Shown here: positions 33,504 to 46,008 of the stretch, in pieces
How the letters are laid out: every line of letters starts with the position of its first letter
Numbering within the stretch: position 1 is the stretch's first letter
NCBI GenBank assembly: GCA_030295235.1
Contig: AP026142.1
Span: 682,001-746,000 of the forward strand
Direction of reading: 5' to 3'
DNA length: 64,000 nucleotides
From: Fistulifera solaris
Lineage: Eukaryota
Notes under the pieces: model-generated
The model's input: the letters and a program-made list of their open reading frames with translations, nothing else
What the model was told of the DNA's origin: nothing
Databases searched by the model: none
Program-made: the position numbers and the translations under genes

Positions 33504-34550
33504 AAAGCTTCACTGTTTCAATAAATACCAATTAACAACTGTGAAAGCAAAAAACTATTGCTTCAAACAAGTAATGAAGGGCTGTTCAGGAAGGAAAGGA
33601 ATGTAAGGATTGGGAGGAGGATTTTTTGCTTACCTGGTATTGTTGACGAAAAAATCAACGGAGGAGAAAAACCTTACTAAATACTCATGACTAAACACAG
33701 TCGCGGGGAAAGGTTGCCTACAATTAAGGATATAGTCGGTTTTGACGTTCCATCGAATCAATGGCATCACTCGTGTAGCTTCGTAATAGCTATCAGCTTT
33801 GTTTAGACAATTCTTTTCTACTAATGTTGTTAATTGACGGAAATAACTGATCATAGACTTCCATTCATTGTGTACGGTGGTGTCTTGTTGTGTCGTCAAT
33901 CAAAATGAGACAAATCAAGGTCAAAGTTCCTTTTCACTGTTCATCGATCTTTTCTTTCTTGTGTTCATGAATGTAAACCTTTCGTGACCGGATGCTGATT
34001 GGAGAGGAGTTAGCTAATGATTTCTCCTGTTTGCAAAAGAGTTCTGAGGTTGGGATCCTAGGTTTTATGGCCTAACAGGCTTTACGAATTTCATACCAGG
34101 TACCAGTACGACGCGGCACTCAACCAACAGCACTCAGGACAGGATGATTTTCGGGACATGAAACCGCCAACAATCTACAATCTACAGTTCACCGAACAGG
34201 TTCGCAGAAACGCTGTCACGTGTCACGGTGGTGTCACAATCTATAAGTCAGTAGTCATTTATTAGTTGTGAGTTGTGAGTTGTCAGTGAACCACTTTGAC
34301 TTGTAATATGGACACTAAATGTGATAGTTGAGAGACAGCCGTGACTGTAATTTGAAAATGTGAGTACTAAATCCAGATGTTCCTTTGTAGATAGTGCGAA
34401 CCAATAAGTAGTATACGTGATTGAAAAAGAAGCCAAGCACCGAACAAAAAACAAAATATTTCGAGTTTCGAGAGGCGAAAAATGAAGTTAAAAATGAACA
34501 ACGTTTGTTCATCTTAAACTTAAGATAATAAACTTAATTGCTAGACAACG

Positions 34551-36530
34551 ATGATCACACGTGCTGCTTTTCTTGCCCTCTTGAGCGGCCTAGTAATTAG
34601 TCAGGTAATTAGAATTCATCCTCGTCACCGCTAGAAAAGGATGAGTAAGCGCGTCTCACGTTTTCATTACTTTCTTGCTCTATTGCAACAAAAAGGCGAT
34701 CGATAACTTCCCTTTCTCTCGGCTTCCCTTCAACAATGAAATACCAACGTCTCAGCTACCGCAATTGATTACTATAACGTTTGATGATTCCGTCACTCCC
34801 TACACGTCGTGGTTGTTTTCAAAAATCGCCAAGACGAAAGATCCTCATACCGGCTGCTTCCTGAAATCCACTTTTTACGTTTCGATTGAAGGAAACACGA
34901 AATGTGAATACGTGCAGGGACTACGGAAAGGTGGAAACGAAATAGGGACGCATACATTGGATCATAAGGGCACTCCTAGTGTCACACAAATTCAGGGTGC
35001 CGTCGACTGGCTCGCAGATAATTGCGGTGTCCCTCCTCAAGAAATGAGAGGCTTTCGAACTCCTTTCTTGAATTGGGATGATAGCACGCTGCAAAACTTG
35101 CATCAACTTGGTTTCTTGTATGATTCATCGATTGGGCCTACCGATCACATTGCCAACGCCAAGGGTGCGAATCACACCTGGCCGTTCACTTTCGACCAGG
35201 CCAACATTGATCAGTTCGAAAATGGCAAACCCAACATCGATATTACACCCGCACCCGGACTCTGGGAAATTCCCATGTGGTCTTTGTATGACACTGCTGG
35301 TCAAGCCGTTATTCCGATGGATTATCCCAATCCGAACGGTCCCAACACTGTTATTCCGAATCTAATTCACCCCAACTTTTTGAAACACTACAACGGCAAT
35401 CGAGCTCCCCTTGGACTTTTCTTTCATGCATCGTGGTTGGTAGCGAACGGAGATGCTTTTGCCGCCTGGATTCAAGACATCATGAATACGTACACGGACG
35501 TCTTTTTCGTGACATCCTACGAGCTATTGCAATATATGAAGAATCCGGTGCCGGCCTCGCAATTCGTACAAAGTTGTCCCAACCAACAGATGTGCTTCGC
35601 GCCACGTGATACAGGGTGTTTGTTTGGAAAGTTCAACGGAGTTACTTGTCAATGCGATTGCTCACCTCCATATTGCCGAGGCCCCGATGGAGCGTGCACG
35701 GAATACACCAACTGTCCCGTGGGTCCTACAGCACCCACCGCACCTGTAACTTCGCCCGTCGCGGCCCCTGTTCCTCCTTACACTGGACCCGGGTGCTGCT
35801 CTCAAACGTTCAAAAGTTGCGATGTGACTTGGTGTGGAACGACCGAAGCTCAGTGCAACGCGTGCTCGGGTCAACTGAAGTGGTTAGCCAGTGGACCTTT
35901 GACAAATTGTATGGGTAACTGGGCTTGGGGATGTTCGAAAGATACGGATTGCTGCGACGGACTTATTTGCAATGCCAGTTCTTGCACTCCTGGTATTCGT
36001 TCTCCCACGCCCGTGGCCGCGCCGGTACCGATCGCTCCTGTACCAGTACCTACACCCATTGCGGCTCCAGTACCGGCACCGGTCGCCCCTGTACCAGTAC
36101 CAGTACCTACACCCATTGTGGCTCCAGTGCCGTTACCCGTCGCTCCTGTACCAGTACCTACACCCATTGCGGCTCCAGTGCCGGTACCCTCTCCTGTCAG
36201 GGCCCCTGTTCCTGTGCCTGCTCCTGTAAGAGTACCGACACCCGTGGTGGCTCCCGTCCCTGCTCCATCCCCTGTCGTAGCTCCTGTCTCAACACAAGGC
36301 TGTTGCTCGCAGGATGCTCTCCAATGCAATGTGAATTGGTGCGGTACTTCCCAAGCGAGCTGCAAAGCGTGTGGTTCTTCTTATACCTGGCTGGCCAACG
36401 GAGCTCCTGCGGCAGGAAGCTGTTTGGCGCGATGGGGCACGTGTGGAGGCTCCGTGCCGTGCTGTCCCGGAACCTTTGCGACCGAAAAAGTCAATGGCAT
36501 TCCAGTTGCGAGCCTGGTCCCACTTGGTAG
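34551..36530 (+). CDS. Secreted CE4 polysaccharide (chitin) deacetylase with EGF-like and Cys-rich carbohydrate-binding modules and Pro-rich linkers
   Basis: Exon 1 34551..34604 (signal [18 protein letters not shown]), intron 34605..34695. CE4 motifs [31 protein letters not shown] and [10 protein letters not shown]. Two CCSQ…C…WC…C..C…WL modules. A frameshift near 36476 gives a CBM1-like end …[17 protein letters not shown]. Confidence 0.88.
36001..36290 (+). repeat. Coding tandem repeat ([16 protein letters not shown] Pro/Val/Ala linker)
   Basis: Near-identical nucleotide units 'cctgtaccagtacctacacccattgcggctccagt' occur several times within the deacetylase CDS. Confidence 0.85.
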
Positions 36531-36888
36531 AGCGCTCATTTGTGATCGCAATAGCTGTTTATGTTTTAGAATACGTCAGTCATCGTCTGCTAACTTTCGA
36601 TTGATTTTTACGTGGCCTTTCGTGCAATAGACAAAATCATTCGAACATTCAAAGAGAGACACGATGCAAATGTAGCTATCAAATGACTCATGACTGAAAA
36701 TTCATTCGCAGTGAAGGGAGCTTACACTATGGTTCATAGTGGAAATGGCACTGACGCTGACGGGTTCGGAACGAAATTCTCCAGAACAACAACAAAAAAC
36801 AATAAGAGCGCCATGTTCATGGGTGTGTTTGATACTACGTAGTAATGTCATTATTTCATGAACACCATAGAACTAATACAAGCCAAGG

Positions 36889-38619
36889 ATGATAGAACCC
36901 AGATCTTCGCTATTCTATTTGCATCGCAAATTGTCATACTCACGACCTGAGGAAACGGAGGAATTCTTCTATTCAGAAGCATTTGATGATTTGCAACCCG
37001 AACGACCAATTCATCCTGCTCTCGAATATGAAGTGCTTCTTCAGGAAGAGGACGAAGAAGATGGGAATATCAACAACAATCCAAGCAATTCTTCACATGA
37101 GAACAAAGAGGATATGACTGTCAGTGCAGCAACTCCCGAAACACCGACAATACACAGCACGAAAACAAACAAATCACGTCTCGTCAAACTCGTGTTGAGT
37201 TTCATTCTGTTACTCATCTCCGGCACGGGCACGGTCGTTTTGATGAAGCTACAGGCGATTCCCATGTACAATTATCCCAATTTTATCAATCTCTTTTGTC
37301 ACTTTTGCTACATTCCCCTTTCTTTCCTCTATATCATTCCCATGATTCGCTACGGAACACGCATCACACCGGAACACATTGCCATGAGTCGAACGCCCTT
37401 CCTAATCATGGGTGCACTCGATTGTCTGGCATCCTCCTTACAACTCTTTGCGGCCATCTATGTACCGGGAAACTTACTGGTCTTGTTACCACAAGCCGTC
37501 ATACCTTGCAGTATGGCCTTGTCGTATATGTTGCGAAGAGAGCACTTTCACTGGCGGCAATACACGGGAGCACTCATTGTATTGCTGGGACTGGTGGTGG
37601 TACTAGAACCTCTATTGACCTTTCATCATGCTACCGACTATTATTGTGAAGCGGTAAATGTCGACCATGATTGTACTGTGTGTCAATCGGAAACGACACA
37701 ACAATCGTGTTTGTCGCATGTACAGCCGATCGACGACGTTGGTGAATATGCGAATCTTTGTCAGTGGCTGCCCTATCAGCAAGCGTCGAGAAAGGACGAT
37801 GAATTGACGTTCGGATGGTCTCTGCTATTACTGGCATCGGCCATCCCTATGACGTTGTCTGCCATGTACAAACAAGCCGCACTCGATATCGCGGAACTCG
37901 ATCCTGTTTACTTGAACGGATGGATCTCTATCTTTCAGTTCTTTTTGCGCTCCTGGTAGCGGTTCCGGCGGCTTGGATGACAAATGTTGCTCCGTTCGAC
38001 GTACCGCAAAATATGTGGGATGGTTTGACTTGCTTTCTGGGACACGGTGCGTATATTCCCGGGTCTGTGTTTTGTTGCCATCACAAGTAATTCTCATTTG
38101 TTGCTGTTCTTTTTTGTAGATACAAACGACTCGGGTTGTCATCCGGATGCTTGCTCCTCTCATACTCCGATTCTTGTGGGAGCGTATCTTGCTTTCGCTA
38201 TGCTCTATTCCACATGTATGCTGTGCGTGCTCAAATACGGATCCACATCCATCTTGTTTCTCGCGCAGACTATTCTAGTACCAGTAGGAAATTTAGCCTT
38301 TTCGTTCCCGCTGTTTCAGAACAATTCGTCCCTTTATACTTCGTATGTGATGGGATTGGTTGTGATTCTCTTGGGACTCATTCTGTATCGATTCTGGGGT
38401 GACGACGAGCCACTCCGTGACGATCCATCACAGGGCACGAGCCCGTGGGTTCAACAATATTTACAAGTCCAAGGAGAAGCACCTTCCCCGTGGTATCTGG
38501 ATATGATGGAACATTTACGGACACAAGTGCAGCAAACGGGGAATACTCCGTGGCTGAATGAGTTGCTACGCCACATGGAAGAACCGCTTTTGCAGGGTAG
38601 AAATATTGAATATCATTGA
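36889..38619 (+). CDS. CRT-like (chloroquine-resistance-transporter-like, DMT superfamily) transporter
   Basis: 'VLMKLQAIPMYNYPNF', 'FLIMGALDCLAS', 'LLVLLPQAVIPCSM', 'QYTGALIVLLG', 'IPMTLSAMYKQ…YLNGWISIFQF', 'WDGLTCF' and 'LKYGSTSILFLAQTILVPVGNLAF'. Frameshift at the T run ~37942-37946. Intron 38047..38119. Confidence 0.85.
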
Positions 38620-39001
38620 ATGCATGCAATACCTCGAACAATTGGTTGGCCGCAATCAACGAAGTAACAACGTAATAGGCGCTCTTCCTTCTCGACCACG
38701 ATAGGGCAACACAAGTCTATAATCTAGCTAATTTCAATCTAAGCTTCCCACTAACAACTCGATGAAATTTGTGTCCTTTAATATGATCGTATTCTAAATC
38801 CGATCCGGTGAAATGTTATAAGTTATGATGTGAGGTGCGGCACACAAGGTGATACCATGTGCGCAAAAAATGAAAAGGGTGCTGTGTGTGCAGTGTAAAC
38901 AATCACGTCCGCTCAAGACGCGTGATTCGATGTGGGAAACAAACAAGTGGCTGGTGTGCGATCCAATACATATTCCTGTGCAAATAATAAAGATTGCAGT
39001 T

Positions 39002-40012
39002 TCAACAGCCGACGGCCGTTGCGGCAGGACTGGACACGGAGTAGTATTTGGACGAGGTTCTTTGACGTTTGCCAGGACCCGATAGCATATTCACATGCTC
39101 TTCTTCATCGTGGCTGTCATCGGACGCGGAGCTTTCATCCGACAGCGCAACCAGACTGCTCGCGATCGAGCGAAGAATATCCGGAATTGGAATCTTTGCG
39201 GGGGCCGACTGCGACGACGCCTTGACCGCTGGGCGCCCACGTTTCGCAGTGCTCGTTGCTGGTTTTTCAAATGCAGTTGCCGCCTGCAGTAGCTTGCTCA
39301 GCTGATTCGAAGGAACTTCTCCATCCGAAAGGGAGCACGGATCAACTGTCTCAAATGGTTCTTGCTGCGCTGCCAATGTCGGCGATGACTGCTCCATGCG
39401 AGGAATCGACGAAACGAAGTTGTGATCCGGGTCGATCTTGGTAAGATAATCCAATAGAGCGTCATTCTCATCTTCCAACTGTCGGCATATCTCTGACATT
39501 TGCTCGGTAAACAATCGTTTTCTATCCCGCGTGCGCTTGGCGTGCATGCGGTTTCGCTCACGTCGAATCCTATCCAACTCTTCGGGTGAACACTGGGATC
39601 TATCTTTCCCGAGCAACTCATAGTCAATTCCGTCTTCTGTTTCGTCGGCAGTACTTTCTTGTAGGGCCTTGGCATTCCTTGACGCATGTTGACCCGGTAA
39701 GATCAAAGCAGGCAACTCTGAGACCTTCGACGCGTCAGGAATCTCATCGACAGGACGTTTCAAGAGATTTTCTACCTCTGGATCTTCTGCAGATGACTGT
39801 ACATTGATAGGAGACTTGGCGAAAAGACCAACCAGAATCGAAGCAGTGTTTTTCTCGTTAATAATTTGTCTCAAACGGAGTTGTTCGACTTTCAAATCTC
39901 CCGCGCGGCTTTGAAGACTTTGCATTTGTTCTTTCTTTCGCTGACGTGTTTTTCGTGCATGAATGCGATTCCTCTCGCGACTGGCAAGCGTAGTTCGAAA
40001 AGTTCGTGTCAT
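39002..40012 (-). CDS. bZIP transcription factor with two basic-leucine-zipper domains
   Basis: bZIP1 'RERNRIHARKTRQRKKEQMQSLQSRAGDLKVEQLRL' and bZIP2 'RRERNRMHAKRTRDRKRLFTEQMSEICRQLEDENDAL'. The N-terminus may include an upstream exon. Confidence 0.85.
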   Translation of the reverse strand: MTRTFRTTLASRERNRIHARKTRQRKKEQMQSLQSRAGDLKVEQLRLRQIINEKNTASILVGLFAKSPINVQSSAEDPEVENLLKRPVDEIPDASKVSELPALILPGQHASRNAKALQESTADETEDGIDYELLGKDRSQCSPEELDRIRRERNRMHAKRTRDRKRLFTEQMSEICRQLEDENDALLDYLTKIDPDHNFVSSIPRMEQSSPTLAAQQEPFETVDPCSLSDGEVPSNQLSKLLQAATAFEKPATSTAKRGRPAVKASSQSAPAKIPIPDILRSIASSLVALSDESSASDDSHDEEEHVNMLSGPGKRQRTSSKYYSVSSPAATAVGC

Positions 40013-41341
40013 GGTCGATTATGAAGAGAGTAAACAAGAATTTGAAGGCAATGCGTCGAAGATTTTGACAAGCAATAACATCAAGTGAGAAAGACAAAAA
40101 GGAAAAAAACCTCAACATGGCTCGAGGCCGATTACGGCGAACAAATGCACAACGAAAACAGAAGGCAAAGTACATTTTGGGCGACAGTCAGGAGTGATGA
40201 CACGTCTCGATGCCCAATAAAGCTGTAAGGAACGCAAATGGCAGTCGCAAAGAATAATTCTTAGCAAACTCGTAGCGAATCGTGGTGCGACGGACCGGTA
40301 CCCTTGGAGAGAGAGTGCATTTGGAAAAACCATCTGCGCGCCAAGCGCCAATTCAAAGCAGAAGGATTTCGCGCGAGCCACACCCAGACCCTTTCTGCTT
40401 TCTGTCGTAGGTCCTGTCGCAGGTCTTCACTGTACGGAAGACAGTGGTGACGCTTCCGAAGAAGGAACCGCTCCTTCCACATGACGGACACGATTTTTCA
40501 AGCAGTTGCAGCTTGCGAAATGACAGCAGCCATCACGTCGTGTATTACCGTGTCGTCGATACGGGAGATACTCAACGATCAACGAGCAAGAATTATCAAC
40601 CAAGAATCTCCAATCACGTACCATCTTTGTGCGCGCTCCTTCACATCCTCTTTCTTAGAGCTACCCGATTGTCGAGTGGCTTTCGACGCCCCCAAAGAAG
40701 CGCGTGTCTCCGATCTTTCACCCTCCATCACACCCTACTTTTTCCCGCGTTGCAAACAACAATGCCACAAAGATGACAAAATGCTACAAAAGAATGTTTT
40801 CAACAAGCAGATATGAGTAGCTAATCGAATCAAAAGACAACAGCTTCTACGAAAAATGAGTGCGTGGTGAACTCCGAACGAAGATGGTCGCATTTTCTGT
40901 CGTATCCGCCACTCGGAGGAGTCGTGAAACCTCGCATCGATTTCGAAACATCTCATGTTTTGGTTCTTCTCTCCTTTCACTTACCTCTCTTTCTTGTTTT
41001 CAATCAAGATCTACGACAAAGAAAAGAAACAACAATCGAAGATGAATGTCAATCAGTTGTGCAGAAAAGAAAAAACGGCGGAGGTTGTGATGGCGCCAAA
41101 CGATCGAAATTTTGGTTGCTTCTGCTCGTGTGTTCGGTGGTCATCGATGAGTCGTCGATGAGCGGCGTAAAAATGCACGGCAGATGGTACGTACAGTACA
41201 GAAATGCAAGACTCCACGTTTAGGCTACAACTAGCGAGAGTGTATCGTTGTTCGCGTTCCGAGTTTCTGAAGCATACCTAATTTGTACTATAAACGATAT
41301 TTGCTAGGGTCATTAGTCTTAAGTTAGCTAATTCTTGATGT

Positions 41342-43669
41342 TCAACTCAGCTTGGACAGAGATTTTTCGAGCGTAGGCAGCTCTTTGCTGACATGCAAGA
41401 TGTGTGTGATCTGGTCGTAAGAGCTGTTAACAGAAAAAAGGAATGGTGAGCATCTTTGCCAAGGATTAGTTATTGTCTGAAAATACAAGAATGAACTTAC
41501 TTGGTCAGCGGATAGGAGCAGACAAACTCGATGAAATCTCGACCATCTTTGCTGTAATGAATATTCGTCGAACACGCTGGTCGACCCATGGCAACCTCCT
41601 CCAATAAATGATTGGGTTTGCCTGGACGAATTTTCGCCTCCTGCACTGTTCCCTCGCCTTCCAGCAGCGAGATGTATTCTTTGCCTTCCACTTCCATTTG
41701 TGTGTAGCCAGTAATGCGCGTCCAGGCTTCGTTCACATTTACAATCTTGAAAGGAGGCTCTGCAAGTGTTATCACGCGTGCCTCTAAGTGCGTGGGTGCC
41801 AACGCCATTTCGAGCGATCCCGGAATGATCTGAGCGCTGCCTTCATTACCACTGGCTCGTTCTAGCTGCTGCATGAATCCCATGGCGTCATACACAATCT
41901 CGATACTCAAAAGCTTATTTCGCGAGCTGAAGCTTGCGCGAAGCATTCCCGGCATGAGACAATCTGCCAAGGCACCGCACAATACGGCATCTTGCGATCG
42001 GAAAACAAACGGGCACATCAACACGTTATCCACCAAAATCATGAAATCTTCGTTGACATGAAACGAAGCACGGATCTGGGCTAGATTGTTCTCCGAACTG
42101 CCCGAGGAAGATTCAGCGTCGTTGGATATGATGACAGGGGCTGCTCCACTGCCGTTGCTCGACGAAATCTGATTTGACGAAAGAGGAAAGACTTGCGGAG
42201 CTCTCGTGTCGCTGAAATTTGGAGGCCGTAACATTGGTCGTCCGTTGTCTTCGAGAGCCACGGGGCGAATGTTGTGCGGAATGCCTCCTTTCTTGGCGAT
42301 ATTGGGGGCAGCAAGCCTTCACTTCGTGTCTCATCGGCATTTTCTCCGTGTCTTCTACGCTTGGTGGGACGGGATGCGGCGATGGCTGCCTGCGAGTCGT
42401 CACCAGAAGAGGAGTCCGTGCTAGTGCGTTTGCCCGACGAGGTTTCATTCGACTCTTCCGGTGAATCTTCCGCAGCAGGACTGCTCTCCTCGGAGTCGCC
42501 AAGTTTTGGATCTGGTAAAGGTCTAGCGTGATAGTCATGGAAATCATTAGACGGAGGGCGCTTCAACCGACTATCATTGCTGCTTCCACTTGATGAGCTC
42601 ACTTTCTTGGCGTGTTGTACGGAGTCGCGGGTATTCTCAATTGACTGCTGGGGCGCCTTCTTCATTGCTGCCGTGTCTTCTCCACTCGAAGTGTTGTTGG
42701 AAAAACCGGAATTGGAAGACAGACTGGAAACGGCGTGTTGAAGCTTTCCATCCTGCGGAGCGACACAACGAGGCATTTTTTTGTTTCCTCTTTTGGAATG
42801 TTCTAATAGCAGGAATTCATCACGCTTTATCTGCATCCAGCGACTACTTCTCGATCCAATATTTTCAATCATGACGGATAAGCTAGCGGCTTCGCATATC
42901 ATGGCTTGCACACCCCTAGAGCATCGACATTCCTAATCAAGAGCCACAAGTAAGACAAACCGTATTGGTGTTGCTGATTCACATTGTATGATTTCGCACG
43001 TACCTTTTCAATTTCACATCTTCGAAAAGACCTGTACGGTGTAACGGGCTGCTTTAAGCAAAAGTTATCTTCTGCCAAGGTCTTCCACTTCCGTTCGTCC
43101 GTTTCATATTTGGACAAGAATCGAAGAAAGTCTCGCACGACATTGCGGCGAACGTTTTGCACCTCTGCCATGTGCTGTATAGCAACGCGACGTTGACGAA
43201 CTTCTTCGATTCGTTCCGCATGCAATCCTTCGACCAGTTCTTTCAGCTTTTGTACGTATGCTTTCTTCCGCAGTCTGGTTGATCTGGCATGTTCCCGATT
43301 CCTATCGCGATTTTGTTGAACCTTTTCAGTCGTCAGTACATCGCCTTGGTGCGATGTTGGATTGCTGTCAAAGTCGGCGGTGTTACCAGAAGCAACCAAT
43401 GACGTTGGCTGAGCGCCATTCGCCATCATCAGCGAGTTCGCTCCTAGCATGCGTAGGAACGCGTTCGAGTCGGGCATCAGGGACGCAGTCTGATATAGCT
43501 GAGCTTGATTCGTGTTCGTCATGAGATTGAGAAGCTGGCTTGACATGTGTTGATTGTTTACAGCAAGCGCCTGCGCCTGATTTGCCGCATTCATTCCTCC
43601 TTGCATTGATAATCCGGCGTCGTTAGCACTCGATTGGTGGTTTCTTGATGGTAAATGATTGTTGTTCAT
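41342..43669 (-). CDS. bZIP-PAS transcription factor
   Basis: bZIP 'NRDRNREHARSTRLRKKAYVQKLKELVEGL' and C-terminal PAS 'EARVITLAEPPFKIVNVNEAWTRITGYTQMEVEGK…NIHYSKDGRDF…SYPLT'. Introns at 42933..43003 and 41424..41500. Frameshift near 42290. Last exon ends …HILHVSKEL…SKLS*. Confidence 0.85.
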
Positions 43670-44314
43670 GGTTCCTACGATGTGTTTGTGATGTTTATGG
43701 TGTGTCTTTTCCTCGTTTGGGAGGACAGAAAATCCGTGGAGATGATGTGTGAGGAATTTTCTAAGTGATACGTGATCGTCAACGATCACCGAAACTGTGG
43801 GGGTTTCCGAAAACCTGAACTCTTCGATTGAAAATCAAGTACTAAATAACAATTTCAGCAAAAGTGAAATGTGCGTACTTGAAACTCAGAAAACGAAACT
43901 TCTGAAAGGGGTGCTTCTGGTAAGAGAATGTGCGTCAAATGTGAGAGTAAACATGAGAGGAATGGTATACGACAACATAGCTCCTCGGATGGGTACGCAC
44001 CTGCATTTGCTTTTAGCCAATCAAAATGATAGATTTTTCGCTTGATATGATTGGTTTCTAGATCTTGATGAACGAATTCTCTACCGCTGGGAGGCGCAAT
44101 ACCTAGGAGTACTGTCTGCACTGACGCACTTGTCTGAAAAATCTTTTCAGAAATCTACAAAAGCTCCACCCCCGCCGACCTGCTACCAGAGTACCACAAC
44201 CATGGGGAATGATGGGCCATGGGCCATCCGCCGCCGCCAGCGTTTTTAATGTCAACGTCGGCAACTGCTTTTGTGTTCGTGTTTGTAGCACTCTGCAGAC
44301 TAATCAGCTAGGCT

Positions 44315-44935
44315 ATGAGAGGATATCTTGCAGCTTTACTGTTTGTTTTAGCCAGATTAACCGTGTATCGTGCTTTAAATGCGGCTGGCCCGCGATCCTC
44401 CTTATCACCGATAGCTCAATTTAGGGTCGGAAGTATCTTTCGCACCAGAAATGCCCAGTTGCGCCTTCACAGCCATCAAAATTGTGATGAAGACGACGAT
44501 GACAAGGATGAGGATGAATGCATGTTTTCTTATGGAAATAGGTCGCCAGCATGGACGTCAAAATACCGTTCTCTTTTGTCCTATGACAAAGCTCGAGCAT
44601 CCGTCATGCATCTCGGGTTACGATCGAAAGAGGAATGGGATGAATATGTTAGTGACGGTAAACCTTATCACGGGCCTTACTTGCCAAATAATCCGGAGGA
44701 GATGTATACTTTAGACTGGGTCTCTTGGGAAGACTTTTTGTGTGTCACACGGAGCTACGACGATTCAAAGGCATTAATACGAGACGTATTAAAACTGCGA
44801 AGCGAACAAGCGTACACGGATTTTATTCTTATGGATTCACGTAGAGCTGCGGGGCTAAGATTACCATTCAAACCTGCCGTTGTCTATCAGAACGCAGGAT
44901 GGATTTCGTGGGACGATTACCTTGGATTGGGCTAG
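44315..44935 (+). CDS. Probably plastid-targeted protein made of two 'integrase repeat'-like units
   Basis: Signal/transit-like N-terminus, then two repeats: 'SYDKARASVMHLGLRSKEEWDEY…LPNNPEEMY..DWVSWEDFL' and 'SYDDSK…LKLRSEQAY…LPFKPAVVY…GWISWDDYLG'. Confidence 0.7.
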   Translation: MRGYLAALLFVLARLTVYRALNAAGPRSSLSPIAQFRVGSIFRTRNAQLRLHSHQNCDEDDDDKDEDECMFSYGNRSPAWTSKYRSLLSYDKARASVMHLGLRSKEEWDEYVSDGKPYHGPYLPNNPEEMYTLDWVSWEDFLCVTRSYDDSKALIRDVLKLRSEQAYTDFILMDSRRAAGLRLPFKPAVVYQNAGWISWDDYLGLG

Positions 44936-44963
44936 TTGCCCTACTAAACCGCGACGTTTCGTC

Positions 44964-45646
44964 CTAATGTTCCTTCATTTTCGGAGGTATCGCGATCGCA
45001 AGGAAAACTATAAAAGAAATATTCCCATGAATATTGCTCCAAACAGAACGCTTGCTGCAAATAGGGGCGAGAGCCCGAATCGGTTTTGCGACCAGGCAAA
45101 TACTTCAAGCGCTTTGACTCCGAAATTTATCAGTGATCCTTGAAGAATGCCGATCGGTCCCATTGGTGATGAGTAAAACGGCAAAGGTTCTATTTTCTTA
45201 TATCCGCCTTCGGCAAATTGAATCATGTTTTGCTTGGATCTGGGCTGCTCGAAAGGATACACTTTATAACCGTCAATGATAAAGAATGAAGGATAGCCAT
45301 AAATATTGAAACGAGAAGCCAATGCTTTTTCCATATTTCCGTCTACCTTTCCGACCTTGACCGTGTGAGAAGTCGAACTGTGGAATTCGTTAGCAATTTC
45401 ATCATATGTTGAAGCGAATTGCGTGCAGTGAATACAGTGCGGCGAATAAAATTCCACCAACCATACATTTCCGTCTCCCACATGTTCTGCAAAGTTTTTC
45501 GTTGTAAGAATGACAGGCATTTTAGTTTCATCGAGCGTAGCCGACTGGGACGCGGAGGATGGAATCTCCTTTTCTGCGTGTGCGACTTGTGCAGCGGGTA
45601 AGCATGATGAGAGAGCAAGTAGCACAATGGACTTTAGCGATACCAT
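44964..45646 (-). CDS. Thioredoxin-related transmembrane ER protein (PDI/TMX-like)
   Basis: Signal peptide, 'WLVEFYSPHCIHC' (CxxC), 'VGKVDG…LASRFNIYGYPSF' and a TM helix. Correcting a frameshift near 45012 gives the C-terminus …PPKMKEH* (KxKxx ER-retrieval motif), stop at 44964-44966. Confidence 0.85.
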
Positions 45647-46008
45647 TTTTCGATGAATAAAGCAAAGGTGAATACTTAAATGCAGTAGCGTTTTCAAGAT
45701 AGAGCCTCTTTCTCTTCTTTTCCATCAAGTGTAAAAAAGACTTGTCGATCGTCGATATGATAACTGCTTGCCGTTGTCGATGAAAGTGTGTCACATTTAT
45801 AGGAACACGTCCAGTCATGAATAAGATGACAGCTGATGACGTATCGGTATTTGTGAGGGCAATTGAGTCACGTTTGAACCTTGATTTGAACCGTGCATAG
45901 CGTAATGAAAGGAAAGTATTATAAAGATGTTTTCGTCAAAGAATAATAGTTACATCAATATTGATCACATTGCTTTTACCGGCAGCATCTTTGGCTTTGT
46001 CTTGTGTT

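Noticed and set aside
35871..36365. Antisense Gly/Thr/Ala-repeat ORF (GTGTGA)
   Set aside because: It is the reverse complement of the Pro-rich linker of the deacetylase.
41342..43669. Aureochrome (bZIP-LOV) photoreceptor
   Set aside because: The PAS domain lacks the flavin-adduct GRNCRFLQ motif.
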